52,488 nucleotides of DNA from a virus (lineage: Duplodnaviria > Caudoviricetes): IMG/VR virus record IMGVR_UViG_3300050132_000511, positions 1-52,488 of that record, one strand, 5' to 3'. The notes below the pieces were generated by a model that was not told the origin of the DNA, did not search any database, and was given only the letters and a program-made list of their open reading frames with translations. A program made the position numbers and the translations under genes. This document shows positions 7,822 to 15,794 of the stretch, piece by piece; the first letter of the stretch is position 1, and the number at the start of each line of letters is the position of its first letter.

Positions 7822-8067
7822 TTGCCCCTTTACAGCTATGAGGCAGGCGAGCTGGTGCTGATCCGCGCCCGCATCCTGACGCGCTGCTCCGACTGCTTCA
7901 GCCGGCACGCGGTGGCGGCGATCGTGATCGGCGACCGACCCGACGGCCGCTTCCTGGTCAACACCTTCGCGCCCTTCGACGAGATCGCCCGGCCCGACGA
8001 CGTCGCGCGGCTGCTGCAGGCAGTCACCATCGACCCCACGACCGCGTTTCGGTCACCCCTGCGTTAA
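7822..8067 (+). CDS. Hypothetical protein
   Basis: GGAGGG RBS before TTG. Confidence 0.55.
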   Translation: MPLYSYEAGELVLIRARILTRCSDCFSRHAVAAIVIGDRPDGRFLVNTFAPFDEIARPDDVARLLQAVTIDPTTAFRSPLR

Positions 8068-8118
8068 CGGCTTGCAAACCGGTCTAGCCTAACCCTTTGT
8101 CGCCAAGGGGTTACAGTC

Positions 8119-8496
8119 ATGCGTTGCCACCCCGGTTTATATCGCCTTTCGTTTTTGCTGCCGGCCGGCACCCACGTCGATTCGGGCAGCCATCAGCCGT
8201 CGGCCGAAGGCTGCCTGCTGCACGCCACCTTCCCGCTGGTCGAGATCGTCGGCCCCTCCCGCGAATCGGTATTTGAACACGCCGCCCGGCTCCTGCGGGT
8301 GAGCTGCCGCGGCCGGCCGCCGCTGTCGATCGCCGCCATGTTGTCGACGCCCGGCCGTCCGGCCGGCGCCGACTCGTGGTGCATCATCGTCGGGGCCGAC
8401 ATCGCGTTTTCGCCGACGTCGCTGGATCCGCATTTTCCGAAACAGGAAAAACCGCCGCCAGATCTCGCCGTGGTGTCCGGAGGGCGCCGCGCGTGA
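8119..8496 (+). CDS. Hypothetical protein
   Basis: ATG start, GC-rich third positions, RBS within hairpin 8090-8113. Confidence 0.55.
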   Translation: MRCHPGLYRLSFLLPAGTHVDSGSHQPSAEGCLLHATFPLVEIVGPSRESVFEHAARLLRVSCRGRPPLSIAAMLSTPGRPAGADSWCIIVGADIAFSPTSLDPHFPKQEKPPPDLAVVSGGRRA

Positions 8497-8551
8497 GGCT
8501 GGTGGGGAGGTGGCGCGGATCAATTCGCGCCGGGAAGTCGGGGTCTTTAGA

Positions 8552-9289
8552 ATGTCGCGCGCTGGCCGCAAGAGAAAATCCGGAACACGGCATCCAGGCG
8601 GGCAACTGAAGAGGGAACATCAACCCGACGACCGCGTCAGGACATCGCGCCAGCCGCACCGCCGCGCGCTGGCGCACGAGATGCGCGCCGCAGGCTGCGA
8701 CTATATCGAGCTGAAGAAGGCCTCGGCCGGCGAGGAGGCGGAATCGCCGATCGGCCGGCTGTGGCTTTCGGGCAGGCTGGCGGCAAAGCAGGATCGCGAC
8801 GCGGCCGCTGCGCGCGACCGCTACGACGCCGGCAATATGTTCGCCCAGGTCGTCGGCGCCTATCTCAGCGTGATCGAGGCGCCAGGCGGCACCTCCGGGT
8901 CCGGACAGAAATCGGCCTGCCAGGCGGATCTGCTGTGCGCGCTCGACACCAGCGAGTGTGCGTGTTTCGGGCGCCGGCGGCGTTACACCAACGCCTATGA
9001 GGCGCTGGCCGGCGGCGCGCGGATCGATCTCGAGGCCGGCCTCGAGGACCTGCCGGCGCCGTTGCGCACCGCGATCGCCGAGGCCCGGCGCCTGCGCCAT
9101 GACGAAACCTACATTCCGATCGCCGCCGATCGGCGCCGCATCGTCAAGGCGGTGACCAGCGTGGCGGTCCATCAGGCGCCTATCGCGCCGGAAGAACTCG
9201 TTTACCTTGTTCGCGGTCTGGAGATCCTGCGGCAGCATTTCGGATTGACGGAACGGCGGAAGTCGAAGCAGTATCGAAATGCAAAATAG
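8552..9289 (+). CDS. Conserved phage protein, possible late-gene regulator
   Basis: MSRAGRKRKSG.R.P.G.L N-terminus and GLEILRQHFG C-terminus; function inferred from position only. Confidence 0.55.
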   Translation: MSRAGRKRKSGTRHPGGQLKREHQPDDRVRTSRQPHRRALAHEMRAAGCDYIELKKASAGEEAESPIGRLWLSGRLAAKQDRDAAAARDRYDAGNMFAQVVGAYLSVIEAPGGTSGSGQKSACQADLLCALDTSECACFGRRRRYTNAYEALAGGARIDLEAGLEDLPAPLRTAIAEARRLRHDETYIPIAADRRRIVKAVTSVAVHQAPIAPEELVYLVRGLEILRQHFGLTERRKSKQYRNAK

Positions 9290-9481
9290 AGATCTGTGCC
9301 CGGGAGCCTTGAATGGTTCGCCGGGCTTTTCGCATTCCGGGGGGTATCATGTGATCACGATACGCAACCAGCGCGTCCTGCGGCTGCTCGGGTTCGAGCC
9401 GCTTAGTCCGACGTCGCAGATGGTCGTCGGGCTTAGCTGGAGAATGTGGCTTCAGACCATTGGCTGGCAGCTCGGCTTTCG

Positions 9482-9775
9482 ATGATCGACAACGACATCG
9501 CTGACGAGCTCGTTGCGCTGGCGCGCTCGATCGCGTGCATGAAGCCGCCATCGAACCATAATCCGCACGCCTTCCACGAGGACCGCTCCGAGCTCGCCTC
9601 ACGGGCGCGATCGATCGCGGCGCGGGTCAGATCCGGCCGGAAGCCGAAGATCAAGGCGCCGATCGCCGAGCGGCTGGCTCAATCGACCGGCATCGGTCCC
9701 GGACGCGAGGTGCGCCACATCGAGGGGCGCACCGTGCTGGTGCTGACCCGGCGGGCAGCATTCCTGGCGCATTGA
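9482..9775 (+). CDS. Hypothetical protein
   Basis: ORF; NPHAFHEDRSELA motif. Confidence 0.55.
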   Translation: MIDNDIADELVALARSIACMKPPSNHNPHAFHEDRSELASRARSIAARVRSGRKPKIKAPIAERLAQSTGIGPGREVRHIEGRTVLVLTRRAAFLAH

Positions 9776-9808
9776 CGGCGCAAGGTGTCTTCGTGACGAA
9801 GGTACCTT

Positions 9809-9842
9809 CTGGCGTCCGATAACCGCCCTTAACGGGCGTCAG
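9809..9842. other. loxP-like recombination site 1 (CTGGCGTCCGATAA-CCGCCC-TTAACGGGCGTCAG)
   Basis: 34-bp imperfect palindrome; left arm identical to site 2. Confidence 0.7.
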
Positions 9843-10074
9843 CGTCGGTACGTTCGACAGTGAACTTCGTAAGGCGATGAAGGTCATCGACATCCTCTCT
9901 CGCCCAATAGGTGTCGTCTTCCTCGTTGTAGCCGCCAGCGGACCAGGATCGCGAAAAGTTAAGGGCTGCCGCGCGCGCCTCGGGCTCCGAAGTGAACCTC
10001 TCGCGCGGCATTTCCGGCCACTCACTGGCATAGGGCGCGCCCGGGTAGAGCTGCAGATGCCAGCGCTTGTCCAT
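9829..10074 (-). CDS. Hypothetical passenger protein
   Basis: GAGGGG RBS; stop codon lies inside site 1. Confidence 0.6.
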   Translation of the reverse strand: MDKRWHLQLYPGAPYASEWPEMPRERFTSEPEARAAALNFSRSWSAGGYNEEDDTYWAREDVDDLHRLTKFTVERTDADAR

Positions 10075-10103
10075 TTTCTTCCCCTCATTTGAGGGCCAAA
10101 AAC

Positions 10104-11030
10104 ATGTCGACCGAGCTCGTCGATCCGATGGCCTCGGTCCGATCCTATCTCGCGGCCGAGAAATCCCAAAACACCAGGCGCGCGTATGCGGCCGATTGGG
10201 CCGACTTTACGACCTCGTGCGGCGTCGCCGGTTGTGCCCCCCTCCCGGCGACGCCCATCGATGTCGCCCGCTACCTGGCCCAGCTCGCCGACGGCGGGCT
10301 GAAGGCCTCGACCATCGAGCGGCGGGTCGCCGCGATCCGGTCGATCCACAAGGCGGCCGGCCTCGAGCCGCCGACCAACTCCGAAGGCGTCAAGGCTGTG
10401 ATGCGCGGGATTCGCCGCAGCATCGGCAAGCGCCAGGTCAAGAAGGCGCCGGCCACCGCCGAGGTGCTGCGGTCGGTCATCGATGCGCTGCCGGCCGGCC
10501 TCGCCGGGATCCGCGATCGCGCGATCCTGCTGGTCGGCTTCGCCGCGGCCCTGCGCCGTTCCGAGCTTGTTGACTTAAATGTCAACGACGTCGAATTCCG
10601 CCCGAAGGGCATGATGCTCGAGCTCGGCCAGACCAAGACCGACCAGGACGGCAAGGGCGTCAAAATTCCGGTACCGCGCGGCCGTGGGCTCAAGCCTGTG
10701 GACGCGCTCGAGGCCTGGCTGCAGGCGAGCGGCATCACGGACGGCCCCCTGTTCCGCGAAGTCGATCGCCACGGCCGGCTCGGCGCGCAGAGACTCTCCG
10801 ATCGTTCGGTCGCCCGCATCGTGAAACGCGCCGTTGCGGCCGCCGGCATCGATGAGAGTGTCTTCTCAGGGCACTCGCTGCGCGCCGGTTTCGTCACCAC
10901 GTCGCTCGATCGCAAGGTCGATGTGCTCAAGATCATGGGCATCACGCGGCATGTGAAGGTCGACACGCTGAAGGGCTACGATCGCCGCGAGGCGGCGTTC
11001 GACGATCACGCCGGCGAGGATTTTCTGTGA
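10104..11030 (+). CDS. Cre-like site-specific tyrosine recombinase
   Basis: SQNTRRAYAADW, RDRAILLVGFAAALRRSEL, TKTDQ, GHSLRAG, TRH...Y; full R-K-H-R-H-Y set. Confidence 0.93.
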   Translation: MSTELVDPMASVRSYLAAEKSQNTRRAYAADWADFTTSCGVAGCAPLPATPIDVARYLAQLADGGLKASTIERRVAAIRSIHKAAGLEPPTNSEGVKAVMRGIRRSIGKRQVKKAPATAEVLRSVIDALPAGLAGIRDRAILLVGFAAALRRSELVDLNVNDVEFRPKGMMLELGQTKTDQDGKGVKIPVPRGRGLKPVDALEAWLQASGITDGPLFREVDRHGRLGAQRLSDRSVARIVKRAVAAAGIDESVFSGHSLRAGFVTTSLDRKVDVLKIMGITRHVKVDTLKGYDRREAAFDDHAGEDFL

Positions 11031-11221
11031 AGATCATAAGGCGGTTCGTCTGCTACCTGGCCGGCCATCACCCGGTGTTCTCGTTGTGGCAACGCGTTCC
11101 GGACTCTTGGTCCCGTCACTGCTCGGGTGCACGCTGGTTTCGGGCGAGCGAATGCGCACGCTGCGGAGAGTTGCTGCATATCCAGCGGGTCCATCGAGAT
11201 CGCCGGCCGTTGGACGTCTAG
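11027..11221 (+). CDS. Small Zn-binding-like phage protein (C..AGH...CARCG)
   Basis: GTGA overlap with the recombinase stop. Confidence 0.55.
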   Translation: MKIIRRFVCYLAGHHPVFSLWQRVPDSWSRHCSGARWFRASECARCGELLHIQRVHRDRRPLDV

Positions 11222-11227
11222 TGCCGG

Positions 11228-11261
11228 CTGGCGTCCGATAATCGCTCTTCCCGGACACCAG
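11228..11261. other. loxP-like recombination site 2 (CTGGCGTCCGATAA-TCGCTC-TTCCCGGACACCAG)
   Basis: 34-bp imperfect palindrome in direct orientation to site 1. Confidence 0.7.
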
Positions 11262-11334
11262 GATTTGACCAGCCGACTCGGCCGTGATTCCCTCTCTGCG
11301 CGGGTGATTTGCCCGCGGCAACAGAGGAGGTCAC

Positions 11335-11442
11335 ATGGCAGCGGCCAAGAAGAAGACCGCGACCGCGCGCAAGGCGCCGGTACGCAAGACGGCGAAAATG
11401 GCATCGGCGCGACGAACGCCAGCGGCAAAGCGCAAACGCTGA
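11335..11442 (+). CDS. 35-aa Lys/Arg/Ala-rich histone-H1-like peptide
   Basis: GAGGAGG RBS; MAAAKKKTATARKAPVRKTAKMASARRTPAAKRKR; followed by a terminator. Confidence 0.7.
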   Translation: MAAAKKKTATARKAPVRKTAKMASARRTPAAKRKR

Positions 11443-11466
11443 CGCTCAACGCGCCGCGTTCAATTG

Positions 11467-11500
11467 AAGAGGTCGCCGTTCGGCGGCCTCTTTTCATTTC
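11467..11500 (+). terminator. Intrinsic terminator
   Basis: GAAGAGGTCGCCG-TT-CGGCGGCCTCTTTT hairpin with U-tract. Confidence 0.75.
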
Positions 11501-11509
11501 GAGGTGACG

Positions 11510-11710
11510 ATGGACGCGGCCGCAGCTGAAGTGCCGGCCTTCGTTACGCCGCGGCGAACCCATGTCGCTCACGCCTGGTTGCAGGCGGTTCCTTATGCCG
11601 AGCTGCAGGCCGAAGCGGACCGCCGGCGCCTACATCCGGACGCACTCGCCGCGCGTATCATCGAAAAGGTGCTGTTCGGCGGCCTGGTTGACGAACTGCT
11701 CGGCTGCTGA
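11510..11710 (+). CDS. Hypothetical protein
   Basis: GAGGTG RBS; stop overlaps the TerS start. Confidence 0.55.
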   Translation: MDAAAAEVPAFVTPRRTHVAHAWLQAVPYAELQAEADRRRLHPDALAARIIEKVLFGGLVDELLGC

Positions 11711-12402
11711 TGTCTGCTGAAATTGCTGGAAAACCGCTGCGAAATGCTAAGCACGAAGCCGTTCTGCAAAAGTATTTTGCCGACCCCGAACGTGTCGGTT
11801 ACCGCTGCTACATCGGCGTTTATCGCAATTCGAGCGAAGCGGCGGCCAAGACGGCCTTTAGTCGTTTGCTCAAAAATGCTGATTTTAGAGCCCGTCTTGA
11901 TTTTCTGACGGCCGGCGTCGCGAGGGTCGTTTCGGAGAAGGTCGCGATCACGGTCGAGAACGTGGTCGCCGAGCTCGCCAAGCTCGGCTTCGCCAACATG
12001 GAAAACTATTTCCGCGCCGGTGATGACGGTGTGCCGCGGCTGCGGCTCAACGGGCTTTCGTCCGATCAGATGGCCGCGCTGCAGGAAGTCACCTGCGAGG
12101 AAGAGGTCGAGCCAGGCGCCACGGATGAAGAGCTGCCGACAATCGTCCGCAAGACGAAGTTCAGGCTGTACGACAAGCGCGCGGCACTGGTCGATATCGG
12201 CAAGCATCTTGGCGCCTTCAAGGACAAGATCGAGCTGACCGGCAAGGACGGCGGCCCGATCGAGACCAAGCAGGAAGAGGTCTCCGAGCTCGAGCTCGGC
12301 CGCCGCATCGCGTTCGCGCTGGAGCGGGCGGCGAGGGCGCCGCGGCCAGCAGTACCGGCGGCCAAACCCGTTAAATCCAAATCGAAGAAGGTGAAGCCAT
12401 GA
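11710..12402 (+). CDS. terS: Terminase small subunit
   Basis: AFSRLLKN, VVAELAKLGFANM, LYDKRAALVDIGKHLGAFKDKIELTGKDGGPI. Confidence 0.88.
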   Translation: MSAEIAGKPLRNAKHEAVLQKYFADPERVGYRCYIGVYRNSSEAAAKTAFSRLLKNADFRARLDFLTAGVARVVSEKVAITVENVVAELAKLGFANMENYFRAGDDGVPRLRLNGLSSDQMAALQEVTCEEEVEPGATDEELPTIVRKTKFRLYDKRAALVDIGKHLGAFKDKIELTGKDGGPIETKQEEVSELELGRRIAFALERAARAPRPAVPAAKPVKSKSKKVKP

Positions 12403-12776
12403 CGAACGTCCCCAATCGCCTCACCGCCGTTGATTTCAACGAGCCCGGTGGCAATCCGGTCGATCCGCCAGCCTATGTCTCGGCGCGCGTGCTGGCGGCC
12501 AATACCGCGGAGAACATCACTATTCCCGCCGGCGTCAGTGCTGCCGGAGCTGCTCTTGGCATCGCGTCGTATGTGCGCCTCGCGGGTAATGCCGACTTCT
12601 ATTACAGCTTCGCCGGTGCGGCTTCCGTGCCCGTCGATACCGACGACGGCACCGCCTGCGAGCTGATCAAGGTCCAGTGCGATGCCGAGTGGCGCAAGGT
12701 GCCGCCGGGCGCGACCGTGCTCAGCGTGATCAGCGCCGGCGTCTGCATCGTCACAGCCAGCTTCTACCTCGCCTGA
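12399..12776 (+). CDS. Hypothetical beta-rich protein
   Basis: ATGA-coupled to TerS. Confidence 0.7.
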   Translation: MTNVPNRLTAVDFNEPGGNPVDPPAYVSARVLAANTAENITIPAGVSAAGAALGIASYVRLAGNADFYYSFAGAASVPVDTDDGTACELIKVQCDAEWRKVPPGATVLSVISAGVCIVTASFYLA

Positions 12777-12844
12777 GGTAAAGCCGCGCCGCGCGGTCCC
12801 GCGGCAACCTCCACAGCAAATGCAAACAGCAACGGGAGTTAGCC

Positions 12845-13294
12845 ATGACTACCATGCGTACATCTATCCACGGCCGTCGCTTCGGCCTCGGCGTCGACGA
12901 TCAGCTCGTGAGCAACGAGATTGAAATCTCAAGTCCCGCGGTTGATGCCGTGATCGCCATTGCGGCCTCTCAGACTAGCCCGCGCGTCGTGACGGTGCAG
13001 TTGAAGACGGCGAACGGCAATCTGATCAGCGTGATCAAGTCGATCGAGTTCCTGCTGTTCGCCGATGCGCTCGGCGCCGGCTTCGCCGCGACCGGCGGCT
13101 CGACCGGCATCGCCGACGACACCACTGCCGGCGCCTCGCTGGCGCTGGTGGCCAAGAAGGTTTTCAAGGTCCAGACCAACGCCGCCGGACTGTGGAGTGG
13201 GACCTGGACCGATACCGCCCATGAGGTGGCCTATCTCGGCGTCAAGCTGCCGAGCGGCCGCGTCGTGATCTCGGCGCCGCTGACCACGGCGTAA
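12845..13294 (+). CDS. Hypothetical protein, possibly virion-associated
   Basis: GGGAG RBS; Ala/Thr/Gly-rich. Confidence 0.7.
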   Translation: MTTMRTSIHGRRFGLGVDDQLVSNEIEISSPAVDAVIAIAASQTSPRVVTVQLKTANGNLISVIKSIEFLLFADALGAGFAATGGSTGIADDTTAGASLALVAKKVFKVQTNAAGLWSGTWTDTAHEVAYLGVKLPSGRVVISAPLTTA

Positions 13295-13304
13295 TCGGCG
13301 GACC

Positions 13305-14873
13305 TTGACCAGCGCGCTCGAGGATCTGCTCGGGCGCGTCAAGGCGCTGCCACCGGACAAGAAGGCGGCGCTGCAAAAGGATGCGATGCTGGCCACGGCC
13401 GGCCGGCTGTGGGTGCCGAATGTTGGACCGCAGTCCGGGGCGCATTTCAGCCTGGCTGACGAGACGTTCTACGGCGGCCAGGCCGGCGGCGGAAAGACCG
13501 ATCTCGCGATCGGGCTCTCCATCACCGAGCATCGCCGCTCGCTCATTCTTCGTCGTATCAACAAGGATGCGGTCAAGCTCGTTGAGCGGCTCGCCGAGAT
13601 TGTCGGCCATCGCAACGGCTACAACGGGCAGCTGCAGCGCTGGAAGCTCGGCAATCGCCTGGTCGAGTTCGGCGGCTGCGAGCAGGAAGACGACAAGCAG
13701 CGCTATAAGGGCGATCCGCACGATCTGATCGTGTTTGACGAAGGCTCGGACTTTCTCGAGTCGCAGTTTCGCTTCATCATTGGCTGGAACCGGTCGGCGA
13801 TCGCAGGCCAACGCTGCCGGGTTCTGGTCACCTCGAACCCGCCGACCACGGCCGCGGGCCTCTGGGTCATCAAATACTGGGGCGCCTGGCTCGATCCGCT
13901 GCACCCCAATCCGGCGCTGCCGGGCGAGCTGCGCTGGTACACCACGATCAACGGCGTCGACACCGAGGTCGACGGACCTGGTCCGCATGTCATCGAAGGC
14001 GAGCGCGAGCCTATCATGGCGCGCTCGAGGACCTACATACCCGCAGCGCTGTCCGACAATCCGGATCTGGCGCGCACCAATTACGGCTCGGTTCTCGCGT
14101 CATTGCCGGACGAACTGCGCCGCGCCTACCGCGACGGCGATTTCAGCGTCGGCCAGAAGGACGACGACTGGCAGGTCATTCCGACCGGCTGGATCGAGGC
14201 GGCACAGCAACGCTGGAACCCGACGCCACCGCGCGGCTATCAAATGACCGCGATGGCCGTCGACGTCGCGCCTGGTGGCGGCGATCAGCGCGTGATCGCC
14301 TTTCGCTATGGCGGCTGGTTCGCGCCGCTCGAGGCCGAGCGAGTCGTCGACAAAACCGGCCGGCTCACGGCGGCATCCGTGGTGAAACATCGCCGCGATC
14401 GCTGTCCGGTCATCGTGGATCTCGGCGGCGGCTGGGGCGGTGACGCCCTGATCGCCCTGAAGGATAACGGCATTCCCGTCGTCGCCTTCAATGGCGTCGT
14501 CGATTCCACCGCCAAGACGCGCGACGGCAAGCTCGGCTTTCGCAACAAGCGGGCCGAGGCCACCTGGCGCCTGCGCGAGGCGCTGGATCCGGAACAGGAG
14601 GGCGGTTCGGTGATCGCTCTGCCGCCCGACGCCGAGCTGAAGGCCGATCTCGCCAGCTACAAATGGATCAACACCACGGGCGGAATCCTGCTCGAGGACA
14701 AAGAGAAGACCAAGAAGAAGCTCGGCCGATCGCCGGACAAGGGCGACGCCGTCGTGATGTGTGTCTCCGAGGGCGACATCGCGGTGGCGCGCGAGGCCCG
14801 GCGCAACGCGCATGCCGGCGGCATCAAGGCCAATCTTGGTTACGCCAAACAGAAGTCGGGGCGCCTGCGGTGA
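13305..14873 (+). CDS. terL: Terminase large subunit
   Basis: YGGQAGGGKT Walker A, IVFDE Walker B, TSNP, AVDVA, GRSPDKGDA nuclease motifs. Confidence 0.95.
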   Translation: MTSALEDLLGRVKALPPDKKAALQKDAMLATAGRLWVPNVGPQSGAHFSLADETFYGGQAGGGKTDLAIGLSITEHRRSLILRRINKDAVKLVERLAEIVGHRNGYNGQLQRWKLGNRLVEFGGCEQEDDKQRYKGDPHDLIVFDEGSDFLESQFRFIIGWNRSAIAGQRCRVLVTSNPPTTAAGLWVIKYWGAWLDPLHPNPALPGELRWYTTINGVDTEVDGPGPHVIEGEREPIMARSRTYIPAALSDNPDLARTNYGSVLASLPDELRRAYRDGDFSVGQKDDDWQVIPTGWIEAAQQRWNPTPPRGYQMTAMAVDVAPGGGDQRVIAFRYGGWFAPLEAERVVDKTGRLTAASVVKHRRDRCPVIVDLGGGWGGDALIALKDNGIPVVAFNGVVDSTAKTRDGKLGFRNKRAEATWRLREALDPEQEGGSVIALPPDAELKADLASYKWINTTGGILLEDKEKTKKKLGRSPDKGDAVVMCVSEGDIAVAREARRNAHAGGIKANLGYAKQKSGRLR

Positions 14874-15058
14874 ACGATCAACCCGAGCGACTTCCCTATT
14901 CGATGCGCAAGCGTCAGCGCCAGCTCGACCATCGTCTTCCGCAGGATCGCAGCGCCGACCAGGACATCAACGCCGCCGTCGACGACGAGGTCGCGCGCGA
15001 GCTGTCCGATCATCCCGTCAACCTCGGCTTTGCCCGCATGAAAGGACATCGCAAGTGA
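14870..15058 (+). CDS. Hypothetical protein
   Basis: GTGA overlaps at both ends. Confidence 0.55.
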   Translation: MNDQPERLPYSMRKRQRQLDHRLPQDRSADQDINAAVDDEVARELSDHPVNLGFARMKGHRK

Positions 15059-15288
15059 GCTCTATGTTTGGATCGTCCGCGCCGGCGCCCGTGGCGCCGG
15101 CGGTCATACCGCCGCCGACCATGCCGGATCCGCAGTCGCCCGCCGCGCTGGCGGCCAAGGTGAAGGCCGAGCAGGACGCGATGGGCCGGGCGGGCCGCTC
15201 CTCAACGATCCTTTCGTCCGCTGTCGCCGGCGCCGGCGCCGGTGGGGGGTCGAGCTACGGATCCGCAAAGTTGGGTGCGAGCTCTTGA
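15055..15288 (+). CDS. Small pre-portal virion protein
   Basis: Pro-rich N-terminus, GRSSTILS motif typical upstream of this portal type. Confidence 0.65.
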   Translation: MSSMFGSSAPAPVAPAVIPPPTMPDPQSPAALAAKVKAEQDAMGRAGRSSTILSSAVAGAGAGGGSSYGSAKLGASS

Positions 15289-15791
15289 GCGCTCCGAAGC
15301 CGAAGCGCGTTCGGCCAGCTGCCGTCAAACGTGATCCCGTCATCGCTGCGCTGATAGCGAAGATCCCGGCCGAGGGCAGCGGTTTCAGTCGCGCGCTGCG
15401 CGTGAACTGGCTTCGCCAGGTCGCCATGGCCTTCGACGGCGCCTTCGGCGTCGAGATGCAGATCTTCATCGACAACGACCCGCCGCAGCTCTTCAGCGGC
15501 GCCCTTGGAGGGCCAACCGAAATGCCGGCCATCCTCAAGCCCAACGCGGCGCCGGCGCCGATCGCCGGGGCGGCCGAGCCCGACGAGATTCGCTACTTCA
15601 TCGACGCCCAGGGCATGGCCCGCGTGAGCCCTGGCAACAAGCGTGTCAGGCCAGTCGACGTTCCCAGCGGCACCACATTCGAGGACGAGCGCGTCGACGA
15701 CACCGATCTCGACACCATCAAATGGGCCGACGGCGAATGGCCGCCGGCGGTCTATCCCGATCGGTCCTTTGTGTTCACGAAAGCCCGCTAG
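15285..15791 (+). CDS. Hypothetical protein
   Basis: TTGA overlap; good codon usage. Confidence 0.65.
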   Translation: MSAPKPKRVRPAAVKRDPVIAALIAKIPAEGSGFSRALRVNWLRQVAMAFDGAFGVEMQIFIDNDPPQLFSGALGGPTEMPAILKPNAAPAPIAGAAEPDEIRYFIDAQGMARVSPGNKRVRPVDVPSGTTFEDERVDDTDLDTIKWADGEWPPAVYPDRSFVFTKAR

Positions 15792-15794
15792 CGC

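Noticed and set aside
10104-11030. Second recombinase as the prophage integrase or a tail-fibre invertase
   Set aside because: Far from att and the fibres; flanked by its own direct lox-like sites; no inverted sites noticed near the fibre genes
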